From: Chara braunii
Lineage: Eukaryota > Plantae > Charophyceae
DNA: 64,000 bases
Assembly (NCBI GenBank): GCA_003427395.1
Contig: BFEA01000026.1
Location: 5,383,225-5,447,224 of the forward strand
Reading direction: 5' to 3'
This document shows positions 59,378 to 64,000 of the stretch, in pieces. The position numbers and the translations under genes are program-made. How positions within the stretch are numbered: position 1 is the stretch's first letter; each line of letters begins with the position of its first letter. The notes under the pieces are model-generated. The model was not told where the DNA came from, ran no database searches, and was given only the letters and a program-made list of their open reading frames with translations.

Positions 59378-59473
59378 CTGTTCACAATAAAACAACACAA
59401 CATATGGGTCTGTTAAAGGTGAAAAACACATTAGAGTACATGATGAGAAATACGTAACCACATTCTCTCTCTC

Positions 59474-59546
<73 letters not shown>

Positions 59547-59616
59547 NNNNNNNNNNNNNNNNNNNNNNNNNNNNNNNNNNNNNNNNNNNNNNNNNNNNNN
59601 NNNNNNNNNNNNNNNN

Positions 59617-59683
<67 letters not shown>

Positions 59684-59939
59684 CGTTAATTGCTCCGTGT
59701 CCGCCCATTTCAAAAGTCACATTCACTGTTCGGATATGCAATGTGCATTTCATAGCCAGGGAGAAAAGTTGCATGCTTTCTCCTGCTTTTTCCACCTCGC
59801 AATAAGTGTTGCCTTTCTGCTGAATATACCCATAAAGTCGCTGATTGAGCTGTTCTGAGTAAATGATCCTCATTCCAGCTGAGCTGGCACAGAGGAACTT
59901 TCCTCATATCACGAAGTTACTTTTGTCCACAAATAACAG

Positions 59940-61215
59940 AAATCAAACAATACAGTTCTCCGTCACTGCCGTCTAGGATCAAATAGTGCCACGGCCGTAG
60001 AAGTCAGGGATCTACAAGTACGCTCAGTTGTTGTCCAAGAGTGATGGACCGTAGTGTCGCATGCCCGAAGACAATCAGATATGGGCATGGCGCAGAACCC
60101 TAGAACCAACCAAGGAGAATGAGCAAAATACACTGCAGCGGAAGCCTGGATACACACAGATCTCACTCAAAACGACTCAGGCTGACTGCACTCACTAATC
60201 ATCATCAAACAAGGTGAGAAGGCATGACGCTCAACATCCAGACGAAGAGTGTCATGCCAGAACAGCATCCACAGATGAGGAGGCGGGAGAAGAGACAAAG
60301 GGGAATAGAAATGGAGATGTTGCCAACTCAAATGTCGCCCAAATGAAGTCTCCAAACATAGTCTCCCACCGTCTCTGTCCAGATATCGGTCTGAGTCCAA
60401 TGTCACCCAGTCCCAACTCTCGAAATCTCTCTCTATCTCTAGAAGAAAAGAAGAAGAAGAAGAAGGAAGAAGAAGTAAGAAGAAGGAAGAAGAAGGAAGA
60501 AGAAGGAAGAAGAAGAAGAAGAAGAAGAACCAGAGGGAGGGAGGAGGAAGATGGGTGATGTAGCTGGAGGGGGACGAAGAAGAAGAATCCTCTCGAAGTC
60601 TCTGGAAGGTGGAGCCAGATACTGACCAGCACAAAGGTGTCTCCTCCGAGCTGTGATGCAGGTGGAAGGCGCCGGAAGTCGAACAGGAGCTATCGTGCCA
60701 AGTCTGCAGGTGGGTCTCTCATAGTCTGGCCTCTGACATCAACCTCCTACTCCACTACTCTGCCTATCTCCTCCACCGAAGCAGCGCTCCCCAGCAGCGT
60801 GTAGACCTCAACCTCTAACTCTGCGTGCCACAACTTAGGCTGGCCCAGCTATATATAATGCTGGGCCTACTGCTGTGTGGCCCAAGGAGAAGTGAACTTG
60901 GCGCCCAGCTGAAGGAAACTGGCGCCCAAGGAGCCTCAATACACAGGACGAACAGAATGCTGCAATCTGGCGCCCAAACTGAAACAGGAGTGAACTTGGC
61001 GCCCAGCTGAAATGCTGCAATCTCCTGCCCAAACTGAAAGGGAGTGAACTTGGCACCCAAACTGGAACCCGACCTGAAAAAGAGTGAACCAGACCGAAGG
61101 AGACTGGGAAAATGGAATGCAGAGGCCCAAAAGGGAACGACTAACCCCCTGAGCCAACCCCCTAACCTATGGCCGGGCCCAGGGGGCCCGTGTGGTGCAT
61201 GCCACACGTAGTACA
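59940..61215 (-). mobile_element. LTR-like sequence organised like 4312-5628, with internal ~24-bp repeats
   Basis: Shared AATGTCACC/CTGA(A)GTCCAAT motifs, (GAA)n tract, TATA-like CTATATATA and GAGTGAACTTGGCGCCCA repeats; ends ...GTAGTACA. Left boundary not defined. Confidence 0.45.
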
Positions 61216-61567
61216 ATAGGTAAGCCTGTTATAGCTGCAATGAGCTATAATGATGCATGGGTACGGTATGGCCCCAGTGTCAGTGATTCACAGCGTTCAG
61301 TCAGGACAACGCAGGGGACATGCAAGTCTTGTCCCACAGCCAGCAGTAACTCAGCACCTAACTTCAGTGAGCTTCAGCAGAGGACTGCTGAAATCAGCCT
61401 GTGTGCTGACAATCTCACGACTGCTTGGAGTCACTGGCCGCTCATGAGCAACTTCCATCATGCATGAATGGCATCAGACTCCAATCTCTGGATCTTTATC
61501 CGTTCCTGTTAATCTTCTTGGCTCAATGAAAGCAGTTGCACCAAATCCAGATTTATAATCTTTAAAC

Positions 61568-61738
61568 CTGGGCTACCAGCCGGGCCGCCCGGGTCACCCT
61601 ACTTTCCCGGGCGGTCGGCCGTGCAAGGACCAGGGAACAACCTAGCAAAAAAGAAAAAGGAAAAAGAAAAAAAAAACGATGCTATGCAGAAAAATAAACT
61701 GAACAACTTTTGCCTCAGGGTCACATCGAAATTCTTCA

Positions 61739-61770
<32 letters not shown>

Positions 61771-61814
61771 GGGCCCGGCCAGGCAAGTGGTCCCAGGCCA
61801 TTCTGGTAGACTAG
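61568..61814. mobile_element. hAT-like MITE
   Basis: Imperfect 12-bp TIR CTGGGCTACCAG / CTGGTAGACTAG and perfect 8-bp TSD CTTTAAAC. Confidence 0.75.
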
Positions 61815-62322
61815 CTTTAAACATCATCCATCCATTCCTCCATTCATTCATCCACCCATCTTTTCAACCGTTCATCCGCCCATCCCTCCAAGTGTCCGTT
61901 CATTCATGTGTTCACCCGATACATACGCACATATCTACACGACTCCTGAGCCTTGTTTAATCTGCCCTACCTTTGTCTTCCTTTGCTTCGTCTTCCTTCC
62001 ATCTTTCTTCACTCCTATCCTCTCTCTCTTTGATGTGCATCTTTTTCGTAGCATGCAAGTGGGCCAGTACAGCACACGGAGATGTGCGCAGTTCGCGCTC
62101 GAGTGCATCAACGTGGCAAGCCTTGTATGTGAGAGGCCCAGTAAAGGGGGTGCCAAAAGGAGAAATAAAAGAGAAACGGCGAGAAAAGCAGAAATAAGGA
62201 AAGAGAAGAAAGAACTGCACAGGCAATAAAACCCTGCCCTACAATCTAACAATGTCACAGCAGCAAGAACCATCGAAAATCAGGCAGGAAAAATAGAAAA
62301 TTTTATACAGCAATAAGAATCA

Positions 62323-64000
62323 ATGCAGAGCGTCACAGCACTCAGAAACGGGCAATCAAGCCCAACCAGAATAAACTGGTACGCTAAGGGACTTCAGATA
62401 ATCAGCTGGAACATCAATGGCCTCGGAAACATTCTGACCGACGAAGACAAACTCAGAGACATCCGGACAGGCCTGGTGGGGAAGGACATCCCCAAACCAG
62501 ACCGTATACTCCTCCAAGAGACACATTTATCCAACCTGAACAACCACCGGAAGATACAACAGAGGATGGAGAGAGCTGTAGGAGGATGTGCAGTCACAAT
62601 GTGGTCCAACAGAGTCGGCCAAAGCAATAGAGGGACAGCGATACTGATCCCTAAAACGTCAAAAATCCTGACCGAAGGACATATCCTCAACAGCGAGGGG
62701 GATAGAAAGGAAGGGAGATGGTCGTGGATGGACATTAAGTGGCAAGGTGAGGATCTGCGAATTCTCAACCTGTACGCACCCAACACGGAATCCGACAGAC
62801 TGATCTTCTTTGAAAATATCAAACCCCTCATCCCCAACCCACAGCCAGTAATCATGGCAGGAGATTGGAACACAACCCTGGACCCAAACCTGGATCGGAT
62901 CTCAAGAACAGTACTAATGGGACCCACTAGAGCGAGCACCAGGATCCGAAACCTGATGACCCAATTCGAACTCTGCGACCCCCTCAGGGCACTGCACCCG
63001 GACAAGAGAATTTTCTCCCGGATAAGGAGAAACCTAGCAAATCGGACCTCGCTGTCCAGGATTGACTACTTCCTCATATCCGAGAGCCTCCTAGNGACAG
63101 TCAAAAAGGCCGAAATCCTCCCATCAGCAGCCTTCAAAGGTTTGGACCACAAACCCATCCAGATGCTGCTCAACTTCAATGTACCAGTACAAACAGGTCA
63201 AGGTTTCTTCAAGCTAAATAACTCACTATTAAGAACCGAGAGAATGAAGACGACAGTCCAAGAACAATGGGCTATCAATAAGCAGCGAGAATCAAGGAGA
63301 ATAAATAGTCACCAGTGGTTCATCGATAGCTACACAGAGTTAACACAAGCAGTATCAGCGGAATCTAGAGATATTGTTAGAGACCGAAAAAGAAGAAGGG
63401 AAGAACTCCAATTCGCGATGGCCGTCGCTGAAGAGAATCTGGCGGAGGACCCAACTAGCAGCTTCTACCAAGAACTTCTAGACGACACCAAGGAGGAACT
63501 AAACGAATGGAGAAGATGGGAACTCAAGAGGTTTACAAATACGGGCGAGGATGACAGACTATGCACTTAACGAGTCAATGACAAAATTCTTCTTCTCCAA
63601 AATCAAGGCGAACGCCAGGAACAGCATGATCGAGGCACTTAAAGACCCAGCGGACGCTGGGAGCACAAAAACCACAGGCCCGGAGATGGTAGGGATAGCC
63701 AGAGCCTTCTACGCAGATCTATACGAATCCAAGACCCCTTCACCCCCGACAACAACGAACCTAGCAGCCCGCCAGGTGATGCTATCGTACCTCGACAGAA
63801 CCATCTCGGACTAACAGGCGGATGGCCTAGACAGACCACTGACCCTGGCTGAACTGCACACAGCCTTGAACCAGATGGGAAACGACAAAGCCCCGGGCAT
63901 CGACGGCCTCTCAAAGGAATTCTGGAGCTGCTTCTGGCCAACACTGGGGGAAGACCTACTCGACTTTTTAAACAAAAGTATGCACAAAAGAGGCCTAGGT
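62323..64000 (+). mobile_element. L1/Tx1-like LINE ORF2 (APE endonuclease and start of RT), disrupted, runs off the window
   Basis: SWNINGL, LQETH, NLYAPN, GDWN, SRIDYFL, LDHKPI; then TKFFF, FYADLY, KAPGIDGL..EF. Frameshift near 63550 and stop at 63812-63814. Confidence 0.93.

Noticed and set aside
60889-61065. CRISPR-like repeat-spacer array (also considered at 10168-10292 and 38628-39090)
   Set aside because: Repeats are degenerate with irregular or self-similar spacers, there are no cas genes, and the context is eukaryotic TE sequence.

Overview
Repeat-dominated eukaryotic nuclear DNA from a gapped draft assembly. The U6 sequence is plant-type, and the mix of L1/Tx1, Penelope-like and Ty3 elements suggests a streptophyte alga such as Chara (inference). 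There are seven N-gaps and one Nextera mate-pair adapter artefact. Only one host-gene piece is recognisable: the terminal exon of a probable SRPBCC/polyketide-cyclase-like gene (59276-59377, minus strand). The rest is nested transposable-element debris: several L1/Tx1-like LINE remnants, two Penelope-like RT copies lacking a C-terminal endonuclease, tRNA-derived SINEs, Harbinger-, hAT- and TTAA-type MITEs, solo-LTR/Ty3 remnants, two retroposed U6 copies and microsatellites. The most interesting signals are at the RNA level. (1) A type III hammerhead ribozyme family occurs as a ~166-nt tandem, retrozyme-like repeat (37.55-38.01 kb) and as a dispersed copy (1281-1340). (2) A tandem double minimal type I hammerhead lies behind the Penelope-like RT. 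(3) A compact, covarying H-type pseudoknot (GGG-AC-GCTGGA-CCC-NNTT-TCCAGC) occurs eight times, in the 3' ends of divergent LINEs and short poly(A) insertions, often followed by further pseudoknot modules. There is also a decayed gene made of three tandem copies of an unrecognised ~220-aa domain (5828-8135). All structures were read by eye; nothing was computed or searched.
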